From UHGV virus genome UHGV-0317772: a stretch of DNA of 39,687 nucleotides; one strand, given 5' to 3'. Made by a program: the position numbers and the translations under genes. The DNA is from a virus. The notes beneath the pieces were generated by a model, which saw only the letters and a program-made list of their open reading frames with translations, was not told the DNA's origin and ran no database searches. Below, piece by piece: positions 1-9,001 of the stretch (positions are counted from its first letter, which is position 1; the number at the start of each line of letters is the position of its first letter).

Positions 1-1
1 C

Positions 2-931
2 GCATGGACATTAGATGGCGGATTCAATGCCTCGTTTATTACGGCTGGTGAAATAGTAGGAATTACTATTAGAGGTACTACATTAATTAGTGATGGCACT
101 GATTATAGAACAAGTATTGCTAATGGCAAAATGACTTGGTACTCAAAAAAAGTTAACAAAGATATTATGGAGCTAGAAGCACGTGATTATGTAAGTGCTG
201 ATGCCGGTATTGTATCATACACCATGAAAACTGGTGGTGGTTTCATGATTAGAAATCCACAGGGTAACTTGGTTTTTAGTACGTGGGATAATGGTAATAA
301 CAGACCGTTTCTATCTTTTGGTGCGCCCAATTTCAGGTATAGCAATGCTAGTTATGTAACTTCTGGCGACGGTAGTTCTTTAAGCATTAATGGTAGTGCG
401 GGTAACTCATGGGAATTTAAGGTAGCTGGTAGGACTATGAAATTTACTAGTGATGGTATGCTAACGTTACCAGGTTGTTTTTTTGGTTCATGGGAAGATG
501 GGAAACTTGCTAGGTTTGAACAATCAACGGTACAAGTATATAAAGATTTTACTGTTAGAGGTACTAAAAACTCAACTGTACCAACAGAACATTATGGACA
601 ACGACTATTGAACGCTTATGAAACTCCAGAATATTATTTCGCTGATTATGGGGAAGCCGTTACAGGTGACGATGGTAAAGTTCGTGTTGATATTGACCCC
701 ATGTTTGCTGAGACAGTAAATCTAAGTCGGTATATGACACATGTGACACCTACAGAACTAGTTTTGTGTGCTGTTACTCATGAAGATATTGACCATTTCA
801 TCATTGAAACTAGTAAGCCAAACGTATTAGTTAGATGGAATTTAGTGGCACACCGTCTAGGGTATGAAGATATTAGATTAAAAGAGGATACAGCATATGA
901 TAGCACAGTGCTTGACCAAAAACGTTTTTAA
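2..931 (+). CDS. Phage tail-tip protein, C-terminal fragment (5' end outside the window; Tal/tail-endopeptidase-like)
   Basis: The frame is open from base 2 with no start codon inside the window. Beta-rich composition and its position directly upstream of the tail fibre gene suggest a tail-tip protein. The codon phase matches the truncated ORF at the window's 3' end. Confidence 0.5.
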   Translation, partial: AWTLDGGFNASFITAGEIVGITIRGTTLISDGTDYRTSIANGKMTWYSKKVNKDIMELEARDYVSADAGIVSYTMKTGGGFMIRNPQGNLVFSTWDNGNNRPFLSFGAPNFRYSNASYVTSGDGSSLSINGSAGNSWEFKVAGRTMKFTSDGMLTLPGCFFGSWEDGKLARFEQSTVQVYKDFTVRGTKNSTVPTEHYGQRLLNAYETPEYYFADYGEAVTGDDGKVRVDIDPMFAETVNLSRYMTHVTPTELVLCAVTHEDIDHFIIETSKPNVLVRWNLVAHRLGYEDIRLKEDTAYDSTVLDQKRF

Positions 932-954
932 AACGAAGACAAGGAGGTATATAA

Positions 955-3036
955 ATGGCTAGCAGTTTATATAATTTGGCTTTAGATTTCAGCAAAGAAT
1001 TAAACTACACCAAAGCTATTATGGCTCGTCAGGGTGATAAAGGGATTACGGTGACGGTTAAACCATATTTAAATGGCTTGCAGATGGATACGAGTGGCGG
1101 AACATTTACTTTAAAAGGAACAACACCATCTAACCGTTACGTAGATAGTGTTGCAACTAGCGTAACTAGTGAAGAAGTCACGTTTTCTCTTGATGGCACA
1201 TTTATGAGTGAAGCAGGATATTATAAACACTGCTACGTAGAATATAGAAAAGACAATCAAATTCTAACAACGCAAGATATCATTTTTTTCTCACTAGGAG
1301 TGTCTGACATTTCGCAAGGTCAAGCCGATGAATATGTTTCGCAATTAGAAGAGTTGATTCGAAAGTATAATGAAACTTTTGATGCTTTTATGGCTGAAAC
1401 TAAAGGTAGAGTGGATAGCTTAAATCAACAGATTACTGATTTAACTGGTCAAACTAAAACGCTACAAGACAAGTTAGATGCTCTGAAAGAAGAAATTTCT
1501 AAGTTAGGTAACTTACAAGTGATGTACAGTAACAGCATCAACTTTGGTGACTATGATTATAGTGGAAATCCTAATTTGTTAAGTAAGCTATCATACGACT
1601 TAATTGAAAATCAAAATACTTCAGCTGGAACACTTTCTAAAGGTGAAAACTCGTTTAAATATAATAAGATATCAGCTGAAGTGGAAGGTGGAGTAGAGCT
1701 ATATTATAAACGAAGAGGTATAGCTAACTGGCTACCATCTAATAAAACGCTTGTAATGACTGTTAAGCTTAGAGCTGGAGCGGACTATAGTCCAGTTGAC
1801 GGAAAAAAAATACTGATTAGATATAGGTTTGTTGACAATGGAACTGGCAAGATTGTTTTAGACTTACCTATTAACAGTAATTCGATAACTCAGGAATGGA
1901 AAGAGTTTAGTATTACTGGAACTACTCCAACATTTGGCCCGCAAGCATACCATCCTTGGATACAATTTAGGGCTCAAGATGGGATACTTGGGGAAATAGA
2001 AATGAGCTATGACATCAAAATCGAAGAAGGTCCAACAGCCACACCATACCAGCCTAACTTATTGGTAGAACCTTACAACATGTGTCGCGAATATCCTAAC
2101 GAAAATATTGCCGATCCTAAAGTTAAGTTCCCAATCAAATCTGGCGACCACCAAATATATCAAGGTTACACAGAAGAAGAGCTTATGATAGGTCAAACGT
2201 ATACTATCACGCTTAAAGGAACAAAACCCGCAAGTCAAACCTTTGTAGCGTATAATCATTGGACTGCTCGTTTAGGAGAACTAAAGCCGGTTGATGGGTT
2301 GACAGACGTATGGTCTCTAACATTCACACCAACGAATGTTGTGGCGATGCCTAAACTTTTCCGTGTTTATCAGTATCCACGATCAACAGTAGGCGCATGC
2401 CAAATTGACTGGCTCAAGATTGAAAAAGGCAACACCCGAACGCCCAATATTAGTCAGTTTAAATACTTCGGTGAAGGCTTGAAAGATAGTAACAATCCGA
2501 ACGACTACAGCTGGGATATCACACCTGAATATGCTGAAAAAGGCTTGAATAATACGGTTAGTCTAACTGAACCCGAAACCGTTTTAGGACTTAAAAATTT
2601 CAAAGATGGGGTCCAGATCGACGGAGTAGATGTGGCAACAGTTAAAAACTTAGGTAGTGTGTTACAGAGTGGATCTGGTTTGACTACTATTCAATCAGAT
2701 AAGCAAAGCGCATTTGTTGAATTTTCATACGAATTCGAACGTATTGGTGATAGGGTATTCTTTCACGCACGAGTAAAAACAAACTCGACAACAGCCGTAG
2801 CTTCACATGTGAATCTACTAGAAATTCCTTTAGGATTTCAGTTTCCTATTGGATGGACAATTATAGGGGTTCCGTTGTCGGTTGTACAGTGGACTACGCC
2901 ACAAGGAGAAATCAGCGCTTTGGTAATCACTGATTCAACTGGTAAACAAGTAGTTAAATTTGCAACTAATCGAGTAGGAAATCATTATATTTCAGGAGAA
3001 TGGCGAACAGCTGATAGTTATCCAGAAACAAAGTAG
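955..3036 (+). CDS. Phage tail fibre / receptor-binding protein
   Basis: 693 aa with strong RBS AAGGAGG. It has a central coiled-coil segment (QQITDLTGQTKTLQDKLDALKEEISKL) and lies between the tail tip and the lysis cassette. Confidence 0.6.
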   Translation: MASSLYNLALDFSKELNYTKAIMARQGDKGITVTVKPYLNGLQMDTSGGTFTLKGTTPSNRYVDSVATSVTSEEVTFSLDGTFMSEAGYYKHCYVEYRKDNQILTTQDIIFFSLGVSDISQGQADEYVSQLEELIRKYNETFDAFMAETKGRVDSLNQQITDLTGQTKTLQDKLDALKEEISKLGNLQVMYSNSINFGDYDYSGNPNLLSKLSYDLIENQNTSAGTLSKGENSFKYNKISAEVEGGVELYYKRRGIANWLPSNKTLVMTVKLRAGADYSPVDGKKILIRYRFVDNGTGKIVLDLPINSNSITQEWKEFSITGTTPTFGPQAYHPWIQFRAQDGILGEIEMSYDIKIEEGPTATPYQPNLLVEPYNMCREYPNENIADPKVKFPIKSGDHQIYQGYTEEELMIGQTYTITLKGTKPASQTFVAYNHWTARLGELKPVDGLTDVWSLTFTPTNVVAMPKLFRVYQYPRSTVGACQIDWLKIEKGNTRTPNISQFKYFGEGLKDSNNPNDYSWDITPEYAEKGLNNTVSLTEPETVLGLKNFKDGVQIDGVDVATVKNLGSVLQSGSGLTTIQSDKQSAFVEFSYEFERIGDRVFFHARVKTNSTTAVASHVNLLEIPLGFQFPIGWTIIGVPLSVVQWTTPQGEISALVITDSTGKQVVKFATNRVGNHYISGEWRTADSYPETK

Positions 3037-3047
3037 GAGGGAAATAA

Positions 3048-3494
3048 ATGAAAAACATTTGGAAATACGGACGTACTGGCGGAGAGTATGCAGGAAAAGT
3101 ATTGGACGATATGCTTGTATCCGTTCCTTACACGGATCAGCCACCGCTCGAAGGATTACGTGCTGATGGCGAACCGCTAACGATTGCTGATCAGATGTTT
3201 GATCCTAAACTGAACCAATGGATTGTTTTAGCGAACGCACTAGATCACAACGATTTAAACAATCTCAAAGCGATGTACGAGGCTCTGGAACATGAAAACG
3301 ACAACCTAAAACAGCTAAATGCTAAACTCATGCTAAGCGATGTAGCAATTAAACAGGAAAATACTGCATTGAAAGAAAAAGCGGATAGTTTAGCACAAAT
3401 CAATTCAAAAATGATGCTTGCTTCGTTACAAAATAGCAAAGACATTTCAGAAATTAAAGAGCAACTAAATCCAGCTTTAAAGGGAGGTGAGTAG
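3048..3494 (+). CDS. Phage protein with C-terminal coiled coil (tail-fibre-associated, function unknown)
   Basis: 148 aa, RBS GGAGGGAAATAAATG, and a heptad-like C-terminal half. Confidence 0.45.
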   Translation: MKNIWKYGRTGGEYAGKVLDDMLVSVPYTDQPPLEGLRADGEPLTIADQMFDPKLNQWIVLANALDHNDLNNLKAMYEALEHENDNLKQLNAKLMLSDVAIKQENTALKEKADSLAQINSKMMLASLQNSKDISEIKEQLNPALKGGE

Positions 3495-3495
3495 T

Positions 3496-3633
3496 ATGTT
3501 TAGTTTTAGCGATGTGAAAATGATGTATGATTGGGGCTGTTTTACTGACGATCAAGTTCGACTATTCGTTCCACTATGCATTACAGACGAAGAAGCAGAT
3601 AAAATCATTAGCAAAGAAGAGAGCGCATCTTAA
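3496..3633 (+). CDS. XkdX-like small phage protein
   Basis: 45 aa ORF (MFSFSDVKMMYDWGCFTDDQVRLFVPLCITDEEADKII...) with RBS GGAGGTGA. It has the size and position typical of XkdX-family proteins between fibre and holin genes in Firmicutes prophages. Confidence 0.4.
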   Translation: MFSFSDVKMMYDWGCFTDDQVRLFVPLCITDEEADKIISKEESAS

Positions 3634-3646
3634 GTGATGCGTTTTT

Positions 3647-3910
3647 TTGTTGGAAAGTTGGTGGAACATGAAAGAAGAAGCGCTCCAAGACGTTGTGGAG
3701 AGATTAGTAAGAATTGAAACAAAATTAGACAACTACGAATCACTTAGAGAAAAGGCTGATAGTGCAAAAGATTTGGCAGATAAAGCCTATTCAGTAGCAC
3801 TAAACAATGCAGAAGACATCAAGGAAATGAAGAACAATAATAAATGGGCTTGGGGCTATATGATTGGCTTAGGCATTACGATCATTGGCTATTTCTTGAC
3901 TAAATTGTAA
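3647..3910 (+). CDS. XhlA-like holin-associated membrane protein
   Basis: N-terminal coiled coil plus a single C-terminal transmembrane segment (WAWGYMIGLGITIIGYFL), sitting immediately upstream of the holin. Confidence 0.5.
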   Translation: MLESWWNMKEEALQDVVERLVRIETKLDNYESLREKADSAKDLADKAYSVALNNAEDIKEMKNNNKWAWGYMIGLGITIIGYFLTKL

Positions 3911-3925
3911 AGGAGGTGAGAAGAA

Positions 3926-4123
3926 ATGATTTTACCAGATAAGTATTATCAAGTCATTAAATGGACAGTTTTAACAGTATTGCCAGCTGCATCTGCTTTA
4001 GTAGCCATGTTAGGGAAAGCGTATGGATGGAATGGAACAGATATGATAGTGTTGACTATCAATGCAGTAGCAACATTTTTAGGCGTTATCACTGGTGTGT
4101 CGGCTTATAATTTGAAAAAATAG
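3926..4123 (+). CDS. Holin
   Basis: 65 aa with two hydrophobic transmembrane segments and a charged C-terminus (NLKK). RBS AAGGAGGTGA. It directly precedes the endolysin. Confidence 0.6.
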   Translation: MILPDKYYQVIKWTVLTVLPAASALVAMLGKAYGWNGTDMIVLTINAVATFLGVITGVSAYNLKK

Positions 4124-4133
4124 GAGGAAACAA

Positions 4134-5153
4134 ATGAAAAAGAAAATTACTATTACTGCGATGAGCCTATTAACGGCTCTTTTTTTATTGCCAATTAATG
4201 GGTTTGCCTATACTATCAACAATGAATTTAATTTGGGCGCAAATGAAGGTAGCTCACAAATAGCAAATAATCAGTACATTTTACTGCATGAAACGGCTAA
4301 TGAAACAGCAACAGGACGCAATGAAGCGCAGTATATGCAACGTTCATGGACTAGTGCTTACACTGCTTACATTGTGGGTGATGGCGGAATTGTTTACCAA
4401 GTTGGACAACCTGGTTATGTACAGTACGGTGCTGGTTCGTATGCTAATGCCAACAGTCCTGTGCAGATTGAGTTACAACACACACATAATAAAGCAACTT
4501 TTGAAAAGAACTATAAAGCATACGTTGAATTGGCGAGAGATTCCGCTAAGAAATACGGTATTCCGCTTACATTGGACACGCCTTATAACCAACCAGGAAT
4601 CAAATCACATTTATGGGTAACACAAAACATCTGGGGCGATCATACAGATCCTTATGGTTATCTTTCTGAAATGGGCGTAAGTAAAGAAAAATTAGCATAT
4701 GATTTAGCTCATGGATTTACCGATGAAAATCCAACAACTTCTGAAAACAAGCCTGTCATTGATCCAACACGAGCTGGTGCAGCTAATCCTACACTGACAG
4801 ATGGAACAAACTACGCTCATATTGATCAGTTTGGGGAAATTGAAAATGCAAACTTGCATGTAGCTGGATGGCATATTGCTAACTATAAATACGAGTATAT
4901 TTTCATTATGGATTACAATACTGGGAAAGAATTAGCTAGAGTAAAAGCTGATGGAATTTATAGACCGGATGTAAATCAAGCGTATGGGACATCTGGAAAT
5001 GTTGGCTATCATGTATCTTTCAATATGCGTAATTTTCCTAGTAAGAAAGTCTATGTAATGATGCGGGCAACGAATGATCCAGAGGGAAACACTAAAGGCG
5101 GTGCGCAAGATTTCCATGACAAACGTTGGTATTTAAATATTCCTAAACGATAA
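4134..5153 (+). CDS. Endolysin (N-acetylmuramoyl-L-alanine amidase-like) with N-terminal signal peptide
   Basis: 339 aa with RBS AGGAGGAAACAAATG. The N-terminus MKKKITITAMSLLTALFLLPINGFA is signal-peptide-like. A catalytic N-terminal half is followed by a putative cell-wall-binding C-terminal half, and this is the last gene of the lysis cassette. Confidence 0.55.
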   Translation: MKKKITITAMSLLTALFLLPINGFAYTINNEFNLGANEGSSQIANNQYILLHETANETATGRNEAQYMQRSWTSAYTAYIVGDGGIVYQVGQPGYVQYGAGSYANANSPVQIELQHTHNKATFEKNYKAYVELARDSAKKYGIPLTLDTPYNQPGIKSHLWVTQNIWGDHTDPYGYLSEMGVSKEKLAYDLAHGFTDENPTTSENKPVIDPTRAGAANPTLTDGTNYAHIDQFGEIENANLHVAGWHIANYKYEYIFIMDYNTGKELARVKADGIYRPDVNQAYGTSGNVGYHVSFNMRNFPSKKVYVMMRATNDPEGNTKGGAQDFHDKRWYLNIPKR

Positions 5154-5157
5154 AAAT

Positions 5158-5176
5158 AGCTCCTCGTTGAGGAGCA
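5158..5176 (+). terminator. Weak hairpin after the endolysin stop
   Basis: GCTCCTC-gttg-GAGGAGC stem-loop with no clear downstream T tract. Confidence 0.3.
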
Positions 5177-5342
5177 GTACATAACTATATTGACAACTAT
5201 AAAAATTATTCGATAAAATAGTGATGTTATCGCATATCTTCACTATCACCCATAAATAGTCACACTCCAAGCTATGCGATAACAGGTTTGTTGCCACACA
5301 TTCTACTGGTTGATTGTTTATGGCTTTATGTGGCAACAACCA

Positions 5343-5416
5343 GTACCCTTAGCTCAGTTGGTCAGAGCAGACGGCTCATAACCGTCCGGTCGTAGGTTCG
5401 AGTCCTACAGGGTACA
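5343..5416 (+). tRNA. tRNA-Met (anticodon CAT; elongator type, possibly tRNA-Ile2 if lysidinylated)
   Basis: Hand-folded cloverleaf. Acceptor GTACCCT/AGGGTAC, D-arm GCTC-AGTTGGTCA-GAGC, anticodon stem GACGG/CCGTC with loop CTCATAA, variable loop CGGTC, T-arm GTAGG-TTCGAGT-CCTAC. No CCA is encoded. Confidence 0.85.
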
Positions 5417-5492
5417 TTAACGTAGCCATTTGAATCGTTCTGTGTTAGAATTTTTTTGAAGAGTATTATACAAGCTAAAGCTTTTCTTCATT

Positions 5493-5516
5493 GCCACTCA
5501 AATGAGTGGCTTTTTT
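5493..5516 (+). terminator. Rho-independent terminator
   Basis: GCCACTC-aaat-GAGTGGC followed by TTTTTT. Confidence 0.6.
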
Positions 5517-5927
5517 ATGTATCCTTTTATGGATTAATGAAAGGATGTTTCACATAGTTATACTTCTGTATATTTGAAAAGTTTTACTTTGATTTTTAAA
5601 TAGAAAGACATTTGGGTTAAATTGTGAGATAATAATAAAGAAGAGTTTAAAGCGCACCCCAAACCACTTCCCCATAAGTGTGTTACGCTTTAAACTCTTT
5701 TATATTTGAAGCCATTAAAAAGCATACCATATTTTTGAAAAAAAGTGAGAAAAAAGGCTTACAATTGGAGTGGTAGTTAATTAGTGACTTATTTTTGATT
5801 TTATAGCACTGATACTATAAAATATAGATATCATCATATTACACAATCTTAATACTAACTTAAAAAATATCTCCTTTCACAAGTATGGTGATAAAATTCG
5901 TTCCGGGCTACCTTTTTAGGTAGCCTA

Positions 5928-6018
5928 CTTTAATCTTTATACCTTTCTGGATCAACGAAAGTATACTTTATATAGTCATAACGCCGATGATCGCTACGTG
6001 CGTCCGGCACGTCAGTCA
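5928..6018. repeat. Direct repeat copy 1 (76 bp perfect core 5943-6018 plus about 15 bp imperfect extension)
   Basis: Identical to 9422-9497, with a sharp boundary at 6018. On the minus strand it encodes the last 29 codons of the gene at 9409-9714. Confidence 0.8.
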
Positions 6019-6092
6019 TGAATCGGCTACACTAGACTAGACAGAAAAAATAAGGTGTGTAGAATAATAAAAAACACACTGGAGGATTTTTC

Positions 6093-6383
6093 ATGTCAAG
6101 ACGTCAACGAAGAACCTATTCAAAAGAATTCAAACAACAAATCGTCGATCTCTATCTCGCTGGTAAGCCTCGCGCAGAAATTATTCGAGAGTATGAGCTT
6201 ACGCCTTCTTCTTTCGATAAATGGATGAAGCAAGCACAATCAACGGGCTCATTCAAAGAAAGAGACAACTTAACACCAGAACAAGCAGAATTGATCGCAC
6301 TAAGAAAGAAAAATAAGCAACTCGAAATGGAGAATGATATTTTAAAGCAAGCGGCGCTGATATTCGGACGAAAAGACAAGTAA
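6093..6383 (+). CDS. IS3-family transposase OrfA (HTH with leucine zipper)
   Basis: 96 aa with a C-terminal heptad (LIALRKKNKQLEMENDILKQ). The slippery heptamer T_TTA_AAG at 6341-6347 lies near the 3' end. Confidence 0.75.
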   Translation: MSRRQRRTYSKEFKQQIVDLYLAGKPRAEIIREYELTPSSFDKWMKQAQSTGSFKERDNLTPEQAELIALRKKNKQLEMENDILKQAALIFGRKDK

Positions 6384-6418
6384 TTGATGCCAACAAGCAT
6401 AAATATTCCATATCAGCG

Positions 6419-7255
6419 ATGTGCAAAATTCTAAATATTTCTCGTCAAACCTACTATTATCAAGCGAAACCGATCGAAAATGAGTCCGACTTAGAAGAGA
6501 TCGTTCAGGAAGAGTTTATTCGAAACCGAAAGGCTTACGGTACCCGAAAATTGAAGAAGTGTTTAGCAAAGCGTGGGCTTCAACTCAGTCGGCGCCGAAT
6601 CGGTCGAATCATGAAACGCCGCGGATTGACATCTACCTATACGATCGCTCATTTTAAAGGGCAACGAACAGCTTGTAATGAAGCGAAAACAGCGAATGTA
6701 TTAGATCGGACCTTTACACAAGAACAGCCATTGGAAGCCATCGTTACGGATCTTACTTATGTTCGCGTGGGGAAAAAGTGGCATTATATCTGCTTAATAC
6801 TTGATTTGTTTAATCGAGAAATTATTGGTTATTCCTGTGGTGAGAAGAAAGATGCCTCATTGGTAAAAGAAGCCTTTGGACGGATACCGTATTCTTTAAC
6901 AGACGTCAAGCTTTTTCATACAGACCGGGGAAAGGAATTTGATAACCAAACCATTCATGAGATTCTGAATGGTTTTGGAATTACTCGTTCATTGAGTAGG
7001 AAGGGTTGTCCGTATGATAATGCCGTTGTGGAATCAACCTATAAATCTGTCAAAGTAGAATTCGTGCATCAATACCAATTTGAGACACTGGCACAGCTAC
7101 GTCTAGAATTGTTTGATTATGTGCATTGGTGGAACTATCTACGCTTACATGGCACGTTGGCGTATGAAACACCGATCCAAATTCGACAACAGAGATTGGC
7201 GAAGCGAATCCTTGATAATGAGCGCGGATCTGATACCTCTGGAGAGGCAGCGTAA
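6419..7255 (+). CDS. IS3-family transposase OrfB (DDE integrase core), expressed as OrfAB by -1 frameshift
   Basis: DDE/rve-type core (HTDRGKEF, YDNAVVES). The -1 frame is open from the slippery site at 6347 through 6419 with no stop. Confidence 0.75.
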   Translation: MCKILNISRQTYYYQAKPIENESDLEEIVQEEFIRNRKAYGTRKLKKCLAKRGLQLSRRRIGRIMKRRGLTSTYTIAHFKGQRTACNEAKTANVLDRTFTQEQPLEAIVTDLTYVRVGKKWHYICLILDLFNREIIGYSCGEKKDASLVKEAFGRIPYSLTDVKLFHTDRGKEFDNQTIHEILNGFGITRSLSRKGCPYDNAVVESTYKSVKVEFVHQYQFETLAQLRLELFDYVHWWNYLRLHGTLAYETPIQIRQQRLAKRILDNERGSDTSGEAA

Positions 7256-7339
7256 TTGAATGATTGTGCTTCTGCCGGAGAAAATCAGATCCGAGGATGC
7301 TCATTGTCAAGGGCAATCGTAGCCATAACACCGCAGCAT

Positions 7340-7843
7340 TCACAACACCTTATAATTTTTGTCAAAAAAAGTGTTGCCATTCCACTTTTTTAAATATGCG
7401 TTCTCTGCTCTTAAACGAATAACTTCTTCTTCAAGAGACTCATCTTTAAGTTTTTTAGGAATGTTTAGCTTGGAATTCATACTAATTTTTCTGCCCCTTT
7501 TTTGGCTCTCAAGTGAAGAAGCACCGCCTTCTTCATATTGCTCTATCCATTTACTTAGAGTTCTATTTGAACCGATATTAAATTTTTTAGCAGTTTCTTG
7601 GATAGAAAGACCATTTGTTTCCATATATTCTATAACATCAAGTTTAAATTTTGTAGTGTAGCTTTTGCCACCTCCAACCAAGCCTTCCCAACCATGATAG
7701 TTATAAATCCTTACCCAATGTCTAACCAGTGTACGATTTATTTGATATTTATGTGCAAGATATTTGTAGCCGCCTTCGTTATTTAAATAGTCTGAAACTA
7801 CTTTTTTCTTAAAAACAAATGTATATTTCCGCAAAAAAAGCAC
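7340..7843 (-). CDS. IS3-family OrfA (HTH transposase N-terminal protein) of the truncated IS
   Basis: 167 aa with HTH motifs and a C-terminal zipper (EEEVIRLRAENAYLKK). Confidence 0.65.
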   Translation of the reverse strand: MLFLRKYTFVFKKKVVSDYLNNEGGYKYLAHKYQINRTLVRHWVRIYNYHGWEGLVGGGKSYTTKFKLDVIEYMETNGLSIQETAKKFNIGSNRTLSKWIEQYEEGGASSLESQKRGRKISMNSKLNIPKKLKDESLEEEVIRLRAENAYLKKWNGNTFFDKNYKVL

Positions 7844-7895
7844 CCCTTTTAATTAGATTTCTAGTCTAACTTTTGGGGTGCACATCATTTTTGAG
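7352..7895 (-). mobile_element. Truncated IS3-family (IS150-group-like) element: left end and OrfA only
   Basis: Read on the minus strand, the left-end IR TGATGTGCACCCCAAAAG at about 7876-7893 resembles the IS150 IRL. OrfB and the right end are missing, and the complete IS3 element abuts its OrfA stop. Confidence 0.55.
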
Positions 7896-7904
7896 GGGAA
7901 GTAC

Positions 7905-7956
7905 ATATAGTTGTTGATATAGTTGCTAATATTGTTAGCTAATTTGTTAGTAAAAC
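7905..7956 (+). promoter_or_regulatory. Array of four imperfect 12-13 bp direct repeats (ATAGTTGNTAAT-like)
   Basis: The repeats are atagttgttgat, atagttgctaat, attgttagctaat and ttgttagtaaaac in tandem. A second pair, ATATGCTTACAAA, lies at 8032 and 8056. Confidence 0.4.
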
Positions 7957-8085
7957 TGTATACGAATTTAGATAGTAAAAAAACAGTTTGTTCCTTATAT
8001 AGAGGCACTTTTACTACTGATTAAATGTCAGATATGCTTACAAATATACTTATAAATATGCTTACAAAATTAGCTAATATTTCCG

Positions 8086-8115
8086 TTGACAAAGCTTTGT
8101 TACTATTGTTAAACT
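8086..8115 (+). promoter_or_regulatory. Putative sigma-A promoter for the cargo operon
   Basis: TTGACA (8086-8091), an 18 bp spacer, then extended -10 TGtTAAACT. Confidence 0.4.
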
Positions 8116-8177
8116 AAATTGACTAGCAAAAGTGAAACATAAATTTATTAAATAAATGTAAAAATTAGGAGAAATCA

Positions 8178-8585
8178 ATGTCTTATAGAGTACAATTAAT
8201 AATTTCAGAAGATGTAGAAAGTCAGCAATTTGGCACTAATGTTATTAATAAAGTAATTAATCCAGCTCTTTCTATTAATGCGCCTTTAATTCCTACTGCT
8301 TTATCATTTTCTGTAACAGCTGTGGTGTCTGAGATAGAGGATACAGAAAAGATAAAAATAGTAGAAATTGAAGTTTTAAACAAGAATGAAAAACAAATTT
8401 TTTCTACGGGTGAAGTATCGGTAAGCTTGCCTCCTCAAGTTAACGATATAAACTTTAATATAAACGCCAGAAATGTCTTGGTTGAAGAAGCAGGAGAGCA
8501 TTATGCTGTTGTTAAATTTAATGGAACTGAGATTGGAAGGCAAATCTTTGATATCAAGGTCAACAAACCAGTGGAAAAAAATTAA
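8178..8585 (+). CDS. Hypothetical protein (cargo gene A, 135 aa, beta-rich)
   Basis: Strong RBS AGGAGAAATCAATG. It is the first gene of a three-gene operon and I recognise no family. Confidence 0.55.
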   Translation: MSYRVQLIISEDVESQQFGTNVINKVINPALSINAPLIPTALSFSVTAVVSEIEDTEKIKIVEIEVLNKNEKQIFSTGEVSVSLPPQVNDINFNINARNVLVEEAGEHYAVVKFNGTEIGRQIFDIKVNKPVEKN

Positions 8586-8598
8586 GGAGACGATACGG

Positions 8599-9000
8599 AT
8601 GCTTGATATAGTACCATCAAATACACATCGGAGTGGTAGCTTAATAAATTTTGCTGCGATTTTTGCTTGCGCATCGGTAATTCTAGCATCTCCAGTTGTT
8701 GTGGATGCAAGTTCTACTCCGAAAACTAAAAATGATAATCAACTTGTAATTACTACAAAAAATGAGATTAACACAATTTCAAGTAATGATGGCAAAATTT
8801 TTGATGTGATAAATACGGTTTTAAAAAGAAAAGCTGAAATCAATATAAAATATGATGAAGATTTAAACTTGTATTTCTTTGTTATCAAAACAACATCTGA
8901 ATTGTTTTCCTCAGATTACGATGTTTTGGATACTCTCGATAATGTATTATCTGACTATAAATATATGGGGAAATCTGTAGTAGCAACTTTGGGGGAATAA
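8599..9000 (+). CDS. Hypothetical secreted/membrane-anchored protein (cargo gene B, 133 aa)
   Basis: RBS AAGGAGACGATACGGATG. The N-terminal hydrophobic segment SLINFAAIFACASVILASPVVVDA is signal-peptide-like. The start is chosen inside the longer listed ORF. Confidence 0.5.
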   Translation: MLDIVPSNTHRSGSLINFAAIFACASVILASPVVVDASSTPKTKNDNQLVITTKNEINTISSNDGKIFDVINTVLKRKAEINIKYDEDLNLYFFVIKTTSELFSSDYDVLDTLDNVLSDYKYMGKSVVATLGE

Positions 9001-9001
9001 A

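Larger units (their letters stand above)
6050..7352 (+). mobile_element. IS3-family insertion sequence (complete, about 1.3 kb)
   Basis: OrfA and OrfB lie in the 0/-1 frame arrangement. Imperfect terminal inverted repeats AAGGTGTGTAGAAT (6052-6065) and ATTCACAACACCTT (7338-7351). Boundaries are approximate. Confidence 0.7.

Noticed and set aside
2059-2259. Minus-strand ORF inside the tail fibre gene, and similar short antisense ORFs (3245-3445, 4932-5339, 6152-6400, 7050-7343, 7359-7786, 10313-10516, 16528-16903, 18256-18468, 19812-20207, 21762-21998, 22639-22842, 22968-23198, 25331-25615, 28506-28716, 29958-30164, 31957-32199, 32866-33108)
   Set aside because: They lie wholly within stronger genes on the other strand or frame, with no RBS, and are artefacts of AT-rich sequence.
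4288-4620. ORF 4288-4620 inside the endolysin gene
   Set aside because: It is an alternative frame of a well-supported gene.
5158-5516. Using the tRNA as the attachment site for the downstream integrase
   Set aside because: The tRNA 3' end is 4.8 kb from int and is separated from it by IS and cargo sequence, and no partial tRNA copy is visible in the window. The attachment core cannot be assigned from this window alone.
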